Notes: a model not told the origin generated them from the sequence alone. A DNA stretch of 45,390 bases from Deltaproteobacteria bacterium (GCA_016180865.1 JACPAJ010000065.1:1-45390), one strand, 5' to 3'. Shown: positions 25,932-32,637, counted from the first letter of the stretch. Numbers and translations are program-made.

Positions 25932-25954
25932 CCCGCCGACGGGTTAGTGGCGGG
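25932..25954. repeat. CCGCCACTAA-family hairpin (reverse orientation)
   Basis: CCCGCC-GACGGGTTAGT-GGCGGG. Its reverse complement begins CCCGCCACTAA, as do the copies at 28742 and 27213. Confidence 0.55.
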
Positions 25955-26109
25955 AACGGATATTAACGGCTGTTATTGACAAAAGGGGGCCCAAAAGGGG
26001 CCTAGAGATATGCGGCGACAGCTATGTATATTCCTTGGTTTGTTTTATTTGAGAAATAGCTATTAAAAGTGCTTGACAAGTATGACCTGTTGTACTAGTC
26101 CATAGATAC

Positions 26110-26412
26110 ATGGAGGCTGACTGGAAAAGAGAATTAATTGATTTGATAGAGTCCTCACACAGTAAAGGGGAGATGAACGAGCTTTTAACTGCGCTTTTAA
26201 CACCATCAGAATACAAGGAATTGGCTAAGCGCTGGCAAATTGTGAAAAAACTAATTGAGGGTGCTACGCAGAGAGAGATAAGGAATGAACTCAAAGTTTC
26301 TATAGCGACGGTAACACGAGGTTCAAGAGAAATACAGTATGGAAACGGTGTTTTTAAAAAGTTTTACAAGCGGTTATGTGACAGAAAATCACATCAACAC
26401 AAGTCTACCTAA
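26110..26412 (+). CDS. TrpR-related YerC/YecD-family DNA-binding protein
   Basis: 100-aa ORF. LLTPSEYKELAKRWQIVKKLIEG.TQREI...VSIATVTRGSR is the characteristic YerC/YecD pattern. Confidence 0.75.
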   Translation: MEADWKRELIDLIESSHSKGEMNELLTALLTPSEYKELAKRWQIVKKLIEGATQREIRNELKVSIATVTRGSREIQYGNGVFKKFYKRLCDRKSHQHKST

Positions 26413-26434
26413 TTTTTCCCATCTTCATTTCTGG

Positions 26435-26455
26435 TGGCTGGTCTAAAACCAGCCA
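26435..26455 (+). terminator. Stem-loop after the trpR-like gene (weak terminator candidate)
   Basis: TGGCTGGT-ctaaa-ACCAGCCA, an 8-bp stem. The downstream sequence is only moderately T-rich. Confidence 0.3.
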
Positions 26456-26535
26456 AATGTGTTGTTATTAAAATAGCTTTTTTAACTTTAACAATTTGCC
26501 CTGCAAAAACGCAGGGAATAAAAAAGGAGAATAAT

Positions 26536-26868
26536 ATGTCTCAGGATGTATGTATTACAAAAACGAAAACTTATGGCCCGCCTTGCTTTATTGACGGAAA
26601 TGGTCAACCAAACTGTGAATATAAAGTTACAGAATGTGGTATGAGCTTGGTAGGCATTCCAAGAAATGCTGAAACGGAGAGATTTTTTCAGGCCGCTTCC
26701 AGAACTGGCCACAGTGAAATTCTTTCCGATGGTGATATTAGTTCACAAGTTAACGCTGAACTTAAGGGTTTCTTGAAACCTTCCGAAGAAAAAAGAATTT
26801 TAGAGAAGAGTATAAAGCAATTTAGACAAGACGCTGAAGCTCTTCTGGAAAAGTTCCGCAGGAAGTAA
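26536..26868 (+). CDS. Small 4-Cys protein, unknown function
   Basis: 110 aa from ATG 26536 (MSQDVCITK...), preceded by SD AAGGAGA. The track ORF start at 26434 reads through two hairpins. The Cys residues are at positions 6, 17, 27 and 34. Confidence 0.6.
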   Translation: MSQDVCITKTKTYGPPCFIDGNGQPNCEYKVTECGMSLVGIPRNAETERFFQAASRTGHSEILSDGDISSQVNAELKGFLKPSEEKRILEKSIKQFRQDAEALLEKFRRK

Positions 26869-26878
26869 AGCGACATTT

Positions 26879-26924
26879 GGTCTTTGGGTGCCGGTGTTTT
26901 ACTGGCACCCAAGACCATTTCTTT
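26879..26924 (+). terminator. Rho-independent terminator
   Basis: GGTCTTTGGGTGCC pairs with GGCACCCAAGACC (a 13-bp stem with one bulge). It is followed by ATTTCTTT. Confidence 0.65.
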
Positions 26925-27119
26925 GCAGAAAAGGTCGATGACTTTGTAAGAAACGGCGATGGCCAAATTGTTGTGAGTCCTATTACTCTAAGCGACCTTA
27001 ATAAGAAATTTGATGTGCTGATGTCTCCGTAAATCGGGAAGTAATTTCTTGGGCCCTTTTTGGGCCAAAAAAACACACACTTTGCCAAACATCCAAAACC
27101 CGCAAATACGCGTCAATTG

Positions 27120-27191
27120 TGGGCCTCGAGGGACTCGAACCCCCAGCCAACCGGTTATGAGCCGGTAGCTCTACCATTGAGCTAGAGGCCC
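27120..27191 (-). tRNA. tRNA with anticodon CAT: elongator tRNA-Met, or possibly lysidine-modified tRNA-Ile2
   Basis: The reverse complement folds as a cloverleaf: acceptor GGGCCTC/GAGGCCC plus discriminator A, D arm GCTC-AATGGTA-GAGC, anticodon arm ACCGG-CTCATAA-CCGGT, and a T arm with TTCGAGT. G1 pairs with C72, so it is not an initiator. No CCA is encoded. Confidence 0.9.
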
Positions 27192-27235
27192 AATTCGCCA
27201 AAGGCGAATTGGCCGCCAACGTTTTAGTGGCGGAC
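27192..27235 (-). repeat. Twin-hairpin module abutting the tRNA 5' end
   Basis: On the tRNA strand it reads GTCCGCCACTAAAACGTTGGCGGCC followed by AATTCGCC-TTT-GGCGAATT, which ends immediately before tRNA position +1. The first hairpin is 22/25 identical to rnpB 28741-28765. Confidence 0.7.
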
Positions 27236-27315
27236 TCGCCCTCCATATAGCCAAAATTAAAAATAAAAGCAAGTTGACAATTTTATCCGCATTGCATATA
27301 TCCCCCCTTAACTTA

Positions 27316-27988
27316 ATGGCACCGGATTTGAAAACTCAATTAGCGCTTTATCCCTGTTAAAGTTGCAGAGGCAAGAGCCGATTATGACGCGCTATTAAAT
27401 GCAATACATCGAAAAGAGGCCGAAAAAGCCGATTTTGAGAAGAAGCGCAAAAGCGACGAAAAAGATGTCGAGGTCGAAAATCTAAGGATTAAAGAGCGGG
27501 AGGCCAAGCTCTATGCTATTAAAACTAATAAGGAATATCAGGCTGCTATCAAAGAAATAGCCGATGCGAAGCAGGCAAATCGCGAAAAAGAAGAGAGCGT
27601 TATCGTTCTAATGGAAAAAATTAATGCTTTGGCTGAAGAAATCACGCAACTTTCTTCCGGACTTGCCGATAAAGAGAAAGTGTTTAATGAAAAAGAAGCG
27701 GAGCTCCGGAAAAACGAAGGAGAGCTGAAAACTGATAGGGACAAGTATCATGCAGAGCATCAGGATGCCGGAACAAAGGTTGATCCGGCGGTTTTAAAGC
27801 AGTATCGCTATATTCAGAATAAATACAGCGATGCGATGGCGCTAGCTGTAAACGGCATATGCAGCGGATGCAATAAGAGGATTCCTCCGCAGTTATATAT
27901 TGAACTGCAGAAATGGAATGAGCTTATAAGCTGCACTAATTGCCACAGGCTGCTGTTTTATCAGGAGCCGGCGGAAGAGGTAAAATGA
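27316..27988 (+). pseudogene. COG1579/DUF164-type coiled-coil protein with a C4 zinc ribbon; 5' region frame-disrupted
   Basis: The C-terminus carries KTNKEYQAAIKEI and the zinc ribbon CSGCNKRIP...CTNCHRLL. The frame is open from 27344, but the first in-frame start is ATG 27611. A 14-codon ORF (MAPDLKTQLALYPC) starts at 27316 in another frame and stops at 27358-27360. Confidence 0.6.
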
Positions 27989-28296
27989 ATTTAAAAAATA
28001 TGCCAAAAGATATCGCGGCGGAAATCCTCGGTTATCTCGCCGAAAACGAAGAGTTTGAATCGATCGAAAAACTCGCCGGAGGCGATGTTTCGATCGCCGA
28101 GGTGAGGGCTCTTCTGCGCGAAATTTCAGGCTTACTGGCCGCTGAAGCTGCAAGCGAAAACAAAAACGCGTTTAATGCAAAGAACAGCCGCGATTTATCC
28201 AAAATATCAAAAGATATTATTTCCAGTCTTTCACCGAGGGAAGAACGGCAGTTGCTTTCAACGTTCGGCCTTATTGATAAACAGACTAAAAAATAG
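27985..28296 (+). CDS. Small protein with a sigma-70 region-4-like C-terminal motif
   Basis: About 103 aa from ATG 27985, which makes an ATGA overlap with the upstream stop. The C-terminal LSPREERQLLSTFGL resembles the region 4.2 signature. Confidence 0.55.
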   Translation: MNLKNMPKDIAAEILGYLAENEEFESIEKLAGGDVSIAEVRALLREISGLLAAEAASENKNAFNAKNSRDLSKISKDIISSLSPREERQLLSTFGLIDKQTKK

Positions 28297-28298
28297 CC

Positions 28299-28712
28299 GT
28301 GAAGAGATTAATAATTAATACCGATGGCGCCGCGCGCGGAAATCCCGGCCCTGCAAGCTTGGGCGTCGTGATTAAAAACGCGGACGGGCATGTTGTCAAG
28401 GAACTCTCCGCATATTTGGGAGAGATGACAAATAATCAGGCTGAATATAAGGCGCTTATTGCAGCGCTTGAAACCGCGGCGGAAATTGGAGCAGAATCCA
28501 TTGCCATATTTGCGGATTCGGAGCTGATGGTTAAACAGGTTAAAGGGTTATATAAAGTTAAAAATGAGGGGCTGAAACCCTTATTTGACGAGGTAAAGGG
28601 GCTCTTGCGTAAATTTAAAAATTGTAATATAGAATATGTGCCCCGCGAAAAGAATAAAGAGGCGGATAAGCTGGCAAATTTGGCGATTGATAAACATTTT
28701 AAGGTTCTTTGA
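28299..28712 (+). CDS. rnhA: Ribonuclease HI-type protein
   Basis: 137-aa ORF with a GTG start. Motifs are TDGAARGNPGPAS, NNQAEYKALIAAL, DSELMVKQ and REKNKEADKLAN (the DEDD-type RNase H fold). Confidence 0.8.
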   Translation: MKRLIINTDGAARGNPGPASLGVVIKNADGHVVKELSAYLGEMTNNQAEYKALIAALETAAEIGAESIAIFADSELMVKQVKGLYKVKNEGLKPLFDEVKGLLRKFKNCNIEYVPREKNKEADKLANLAIDKHFKVL

Positions 28713-28716
28713 AATT

Positions 28717-29112
28717 CAGGGTCTGGTGGTCGCCGAAATTGCCCGCCACTAAAACTTTGGCGGGCGAAAATTTTGCCATAGGCAAAATTTTCGGAGGAAA
28801 GTCCGGACTTCGCAGAGCATCATGCCAGCTAACGGCTGGGCGCATTTTGGAAAGATGCGACGGAAAGTGCAACAGAAAGTATGTACAGGTAATGCTGTAG
28901 TGAAATCAGGCAAACCCCATGAGAAGCAAGGGCAAATAATCGAGCACTTTCTTGAGATTACTCAAGAAGGAAGACTTGCTCGGTCGAAGTCTCGGTTCGT
29001 TTTACTAGCTAGGACGAGCTGAAAGTGCTCGAGGGTAGCCCGCTGGAGCGCCGCAGCGATGCGTCGCCAAGATGAATGATCACCTTACACAAGATCCGGC
29101 TTATAGACCCTG
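28717..29112 (+). ncRNA. rnpB: RNase P RNA, bacterial type A
   Basis: Universally conserved blocks are present: GGAGGAAAGTCCGGAC (5' strand of P4), GTGCAACAGAAAGT, AGCAAGGGCAAATA, GGGTAGCCCGCTGGAGC, AGATGAATGA and ACAAGATCCGGCTTATAG (3' strand of P4). P1 pairs CAGGGTCT (28717-28724) with AGACCCTG (29105-29112). Confidence 0.92.
28741..28791 (+). repeat. Twin-hairpin module embedded in the P3 region of rnpB
   Basis: GCCCGCC-ACTAAAACTTT-GGCGGGC followed by AAAATTTTGCC-ATA-GGCAAAATTTT. It has the same design as 27192-27235. Confidence 0.7.
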
Positions 29113-29121
29113 TTTTCCATG

Positions 29122-29153
29122 ACCCCGCATCAGCAATGGTGCGGGGTTTTTTT
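29122..29153 (+). terminator. Rho-independent terminator of rnpB
   Basis: ACCCCGCA-N10-TGCGGGGT followed by a T7 run. Confidence 0.8.
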
Positions 29154-29202
29154 ATTTTGTAATTTGCGCGCTTTTGGATATTATGGGCTACCGGAGGTTT
29201 AT

Positions 29203-30429
29203 ATGGAACAGGCTGTAATTGTCGCTGCTGTCAGGTCGCCTTTAGCAAAAGCCGGCAAGGGAGCTTTTGCTGATTTGCGCATAGATGATGTTTGCGCGGA
29301 GGTGTTGCGAGGCGCATTACAGCGCGTGCCTCGGTTGAATCCGAAGCTTATTGAAGATGTGTTAATCGGCTGTGCAATGCCGGAAGGCGAGCAGGGTTTG
29401 AATGTTGCAAGGAATGTTAGTTTTCTTGCCGGTCTGCCGCTTTCCTGCGGTGCGGCAACTATAAACCGCTTTTGCTCATCAAGCTTGGAAGCGATAAATC
29501 AGGCTGCGCGGGCGATCATGTGCGGAGACGGCGAATGTTTCATAGCGGGCGGCGTTGAATCGATGTCGCACGTTCCGATGGGCGGATTCAATCCTTCGCT
29601 GAACGAAAAGCTGATGAAAGACGGGATGCCGGCAGCCTACATCGGCATGGGCGAAACCGCAGAAAAGCTCGCAAATAAATATAAAATTTCGCGCGAAGAG
29701 CAGGATAAATATTCGCTCGCTTCTCATCAGAAAGCGGTCGCGGCGATTAAGAGCGGAAAATTTAAAGATGAGATTGTGCCGATAAGAATAAGCCATCCTG
29801 ACCCCGAGCGAAGTCGAGGGGAAAGGATCTCCGGCATACAGTTGGGAGATTCTTCGGTCGGTGCACTCCCTCAGAATAACATAATTGTTATGCAAGACGA
29901 AGGGCCGCGCGAAGACACGGCACTTGAAAAACTCGCCGCTCTGAAACCGGCGTTTTTAAAGGACGGCACGGTTACTGCCGGCAACTCCAGCCAGATGACC
30001 GATGGCGCCGCTATTACGATTGTCATGTCCAAAAGCCTTGCAAAAAAACTAAAGATAAAACCTCTTGCCCGGATTATATCGATGGCTGTCGCAGGCTGCG
30101 ATCCTTCGACAATGGGCGAAGGGCCGATTTTTGCCGTGCCAAAGGCATTGAAGCGTGCAGGGATGAAACTGAAGGAGATCGATCTTGTGGAGCTTAATGA
30201 AGCATTCGCGTCTCAAACAATTGCGGTAGTGCGCGGGCTTAGAATTGATACAGCGAAACTAAATATTCACGGCGGTGCCATTGCTTTGGGCCATCCTCTT
30301 GGCGCAACCGGTGCGCGTTGCATGGCAACTCTTATAAACGCACTCCGCCAATATAAAAAATCCATCGGTCTTGAAACCATGTGCGTTGGCGGAGGGCAGG
30401 GCGTTGCTACGATTATAGAAAGAATATAA
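29203..30429 (+). CDS. fadA: Acetyl-CoA C-acyltransferase (3-ketoacyl-CoA thiolase)
   Basis: Thiolase signatures are NRFCSSSLEAI (active-site Cys), NEAFASQ, GGAIALGHPLGATGAR and CVGGGQG. The start is placed at ATG 29203 behind SD GGAGG; the track start at 29119 overlaps the rnpB terminator. Confidence 0.9.
   Translation: MEQAVIVAAVRSPLAKAGKGAFADLRIDDVCAEVLRGALQRVPRLNPKLIEDVLIGCAMPEGEQGLNVARNVSFLAGLPLSCGAATINRFCSSSLEAINQAARAIMCGDGECFIAGGVESMSHVPMGGFNPSLNEKLMKDGMPAAYIGMGETAEKLANKYKISREEQDKYSLASHQKAVAAIKSGKFKDEIVPIRISHPDPERSRGERISGIQLGDSSVGALPQNNIIVMQDEGPREDTALEKLAALKPAFLKDGTVTAGNSSQMTDGAAITIVMSKSLAKKLKIKPLARIISMAVAGCDPSTMGEGPIFAVPKALKRAGMKLKEIDLVELNEAFASQTIAVVRGLRIDTAKLNIHGGAIALGHPLGATGARCMATLINALRQYKKSIGLETMCVGGGQGVATIIERI
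29791..29880. repeat. ~90-bp GC-rich repeat element lying in-frame inside the thiolase gene
   Basis: ATCCTGACCCCGAGCGAAGTCGAGGGGAAAGGAT, then GGATCTCC-N11-GGGAGATTCTTCGG...CTCAGAATAAC. It is related to the GAGATTGCTTCG...CGCAATGACA elements at 32520-32565 and 36097-36125. It is translated as SHPDPERSRGERISGIQLGDSSVGALPQNN. Confidence 0.6.
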
Positions 30430-30505
30430 AAAATCGGCATGAAAAAAGCACGCAACTTATTTACAACTCTGCCGATAAGGAACATGAAAAGAGGAGGATA
30501 TTATT

Positions 30506-31126
30506 ATGAGCGCCGGAGACAGCGTAACCAGCAGTAGCGATAACGGCTTAAATCAAAGTTTAAGCACGATTGTTTGTCTTGCTTATGAGCATCCAAGTCC
30601 GGCATGGAGAAGTAATATTCCGTTCTGCGTAGCAGACGTGGACCATGATGAGGATACAACATATCAATTAATAGGTTTTGGAGAAACCTGCAAACAGGAA
30701 GGCTACAAAATCCAGGGTTATTTGACATCACAAAATGCGGACAAGTTTCTAGCTGTGCACAAGGCAGAAATTAACAATGCGCAGTTTAGAAAAGTCGATC
30801 TTATTTCCTGCGCTGCATTGGGGATTGAGGATAACAGGCGAACGGAGTGGTTAAATACGTATATTCCGCTGGGGGGAGGCTCGATAGCTGCAGGAGTGCT
30901 TTATTGTTTCAGCAGCGCCAAAAAATTCAAGTCGATAATAAATGTCGAGGGTTTTTCTTTGGCTAAGAGACTTAAGGATGCCGCGGTAGTTACGGGCCTT
31001 TTAGGTGCAGCAGGCACGATTTTTTGGTTTTTACTTGAATTGCACGCAGAGCATTTAAAAGAAGAGCAGCGTTACAAAAGAATTCAAGATCTCCTGTCGG
31101 GAACGGCAACTGCCGAGAAGAAATAA
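30506..31126 (+). CDS. Hypothetical protein with two predicted C-terminal TM helices
   Basis: 206-aa ORF preceded by SD GAGGAGGA. The hydrophobic segments are GGGSIAAGVLYCFSS and VVTGLLGAAGTIFWFLL. I recognise no family. Confidence 0.6.
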   Translation: MSAGDSVTSSSDNGLNQSLSTIVCLAYEHPSPAWRSNIPFCVADVDHDEDTTYQLIGFGETCKQEGYKIQGYLTSQNADKFLAVHKAEINNAQFRKVDLISCAALGIEDNRRTEWLNTYIPLGGGSIAAGVLYCFSSAKKFKSIINVEGFSLAKRLKDAAVVTGLLGAAGTIFWFLLELHAEHLKEEQRYKRIQDLLSGTATAEKK

Positions 31127-31165
31127 TTACAGCAACTTATTTAAGAAGGCGCCGATATATGGCAC

Positions 31166-32563
31166 ATGGGCGCAAATTTTCCAAAAATATGCTTTGGCAA
31201 GAAGCATCCTTCGTGTTTCCCGCTTCAAAAGATCGAAACTGCGTCTAATGACAGCCGTGATGTAATGCAAAAGGCGGAAGAGCTGCCCGGCACAAGAATT
31301 ATTACCTGCAACAAGGGCAAAATGTGCAGTCTTTTTAATGTCGGGATCGCTGATATCCAGCTTAATGCGGTATCGTGGAGTTTCTGCAGTGCGGACGTTA
31401 TGCCCAATGGCCTCTTAGATTATTTTTACAGTGATAAATTTCCGTATAATGCATGGTCAAACACGAATTGCAAGATGGAGATTTTTACGGGTCATTCATA
31501 TGCGATGGCTTATATGATTTTGCCAGATCAGATATCTTTTGAGGTGTTTTCAAAATGGTTGTACTATATCGGCGACAAAACGGGCATTTTGACAGAAAGA
31601 GAACGCGCAATTCATGAAATTGCCGATGTCATTTCCGGCTTAGTCAAGTCCAAAAAAACAACTGAAGGCATCCCTCCGCCAAAGGAAGCCATCGATCTAA
31701 ATTATTTTGATCCATACGAATTATGGATTAGAGAAGGGCTGGATTTATATACAACTCCGTCGCAGGAGCTGCTTGCTACAAGCGATGAAGAATTGACAGT
31801 CAAATTTTATAACTGGGCGCAGGAACAGGGTGAATATCCCCTAGATAAGTGCCTTAAAGAAACGAAGTTTGCATTTTCTCTTCAAGATTCTAAGCAAGGT
31901 CGGTATCTTAATGGGGCTTATTATTCCCGATTTCTTGATGTCGTTGTTTTAAGACCGCCAAGCATCGAACAGTTGTTAAAAGATGATAAGAGCTTTGATG
32001 ATGTAGTGATACATGAATGTCTTCATTGGGAATGGAATAATTACAATGTTAGAGATGAACTTCTGTCTCTGTTGTATGAAGGGATGTTGCTTTTTTTTGA
32101 AAAAGAACATGTCAGCAGAAAAGAGAGACAGAGGCTGGATAAACTATTATATCCCATATTCGAAGGATCCTCAGGTAACGAAATCAGAGCTTATGTGCTT
32201 GGTAATGTTAGAGCCGCCACCATAATTTTAAATGAAGTAATGCCCTTTTTGCCAGACTCCGCGGTTGTTTATTCATTTAATTGGCTGGACGAGATTTTAG
32301 AAGCGGATCAACAAGAAATAAAAAGGGTGGATGTTGGAAACCGCAGAGAGTTTCTAAAAACTTATAAGGATGCTTATCTCTTATATATGAGAAAATTGCC
32401 AGCTGCGTATGCTAAATTATCAGACTTGGCCTCGAATCTGTCATTGCGCAGAGTCCGCCGAGCCTTAGTGGCGGAAGCCCCGAAGGGGCGCGGCAATCTC
32501 CTGCAAACACTTGATTTATTGAGATTGCTTCGTCATCCGCCCGAGGCGGACTCCTCGCAATGA
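31166..32563 (+). CDS. Hypothetical protein with an HExxH (SprT/WLM-like) zinc-metallopeptidase motif
   Basis: 465-aa ORF with no signal peptide. NGAYYSRFLDVVVLRPP...SFDDVVIHECLHWEW resembles the minimal SprT-like metalloprotease core. The last ~40 codons are supplied by a repeat element. Confidence 0.6.
   Translation: MGANFPKICFGKKHPSCFPLQKIETASNDSRDVMQKAEELPGTRIITCNKGKMCSLFNVGIADIQLNAVSWSFCSADVMPNGLLDYFYSDKFPYNAWSNTNCKMEIFTGHSYAMAYMILPDQISFEVFSKWLYYIGDKTGILTERERAIHEIADVISGLVKSKKTTEGIPPPKEAIDLNYFDPYELWIREGLDLYTTPSQELLATSDEELTVKFYNWAQEQGEYPLDKCLKETKFAFSLQDSKQGRYLNGAYYSRFLDVVVLRPPSIEQLLKDDKSFDDVVIHECLHWEWNNYNVRDELLSLLYEGMLLFFEKEHVSRKERQRLDKLLYPIFEGSSGNEIRAYVLGNVRAATIILNEVMPFLPDSAVVYSFNWLDEILEADQQEIKRVDVGNRREFLKTYKDAYLLYMRKLPAAYAKLSDLASNLSLRRVRRALVAEAPKGRGNLLQTLDLLRLLRHPPEADSSQ
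32442..32562. repeat. ~121-bp composite palindromic element
   Basis: The outer inverted repeat pairs CATTGCGCAGAGTCCGCC with GGCGGACTCCTCGCAATG. The inner hairpins are TCCGCC-N10-GGCGGA (32454-32475), GCCCC-GAA-GGGGC and GCAATCTC-N20-GAGATTGC. Confidence 0.7.
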
Positions 32564-32637
32564 CACATTGGTGGGCTTTTAGAGGCGCCCTTAATAAAAC
32601 TAGCTGACTTTTAAAACTTCCGTGCTATATTAATAAG

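Noticed and set aside
26073-26100. TTGACA at 26073-26078 as the -35 of the trpR-like gene promoter
   Set aside because: There is no acceptable -10 hexamer at 16-18 bp spacing; the candidates TACTAG and TAGTCC are mis-spaced or weak. It is left unannotated.
26434-26535. GTG-started extension of the 4-Cys protein ORF
   Set aside because: It reads through two stem-loops. ATG 26536 has a strong SD (AAGGAGA).
27120-27191. tRNA as initiator tRNA-fMet, and as an integration site of a genomic island
   Set aside because: G1 pairs with C72 and the anticodon stem lacks the GGG/CCC run, so it is not an initiator. No integrase, no duplicated tRNA 3' fragment and no obvious foreign block flank it.
26688-27246. 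Minus-strand ORFs 26688-26966, 26822-27088 and 26998-27246
   Set aside because: They overlap a plus-strand CDS, a strong terminator hairpin, the tRNA gene and the hairpin repeats. Their sequences are low-complexity or repeat-derived, with no start context.
28709-29022. Track ORFs 28709-28900 and 28822-29022 (+)
   Set aside because: They lie entirely inside the RNase P RNA gene, which has all the conserved rnpB blocks. Their translations are not protein-like.
29119-29202. N-terminal extension of the thiolase ORF
   Set aside because: It overlaps the rnpB terminator. ATG 29203 has an SD (GGAGG), and the conserved thiolase N-terminus (MEQAVIVAAVRSP) starts there.
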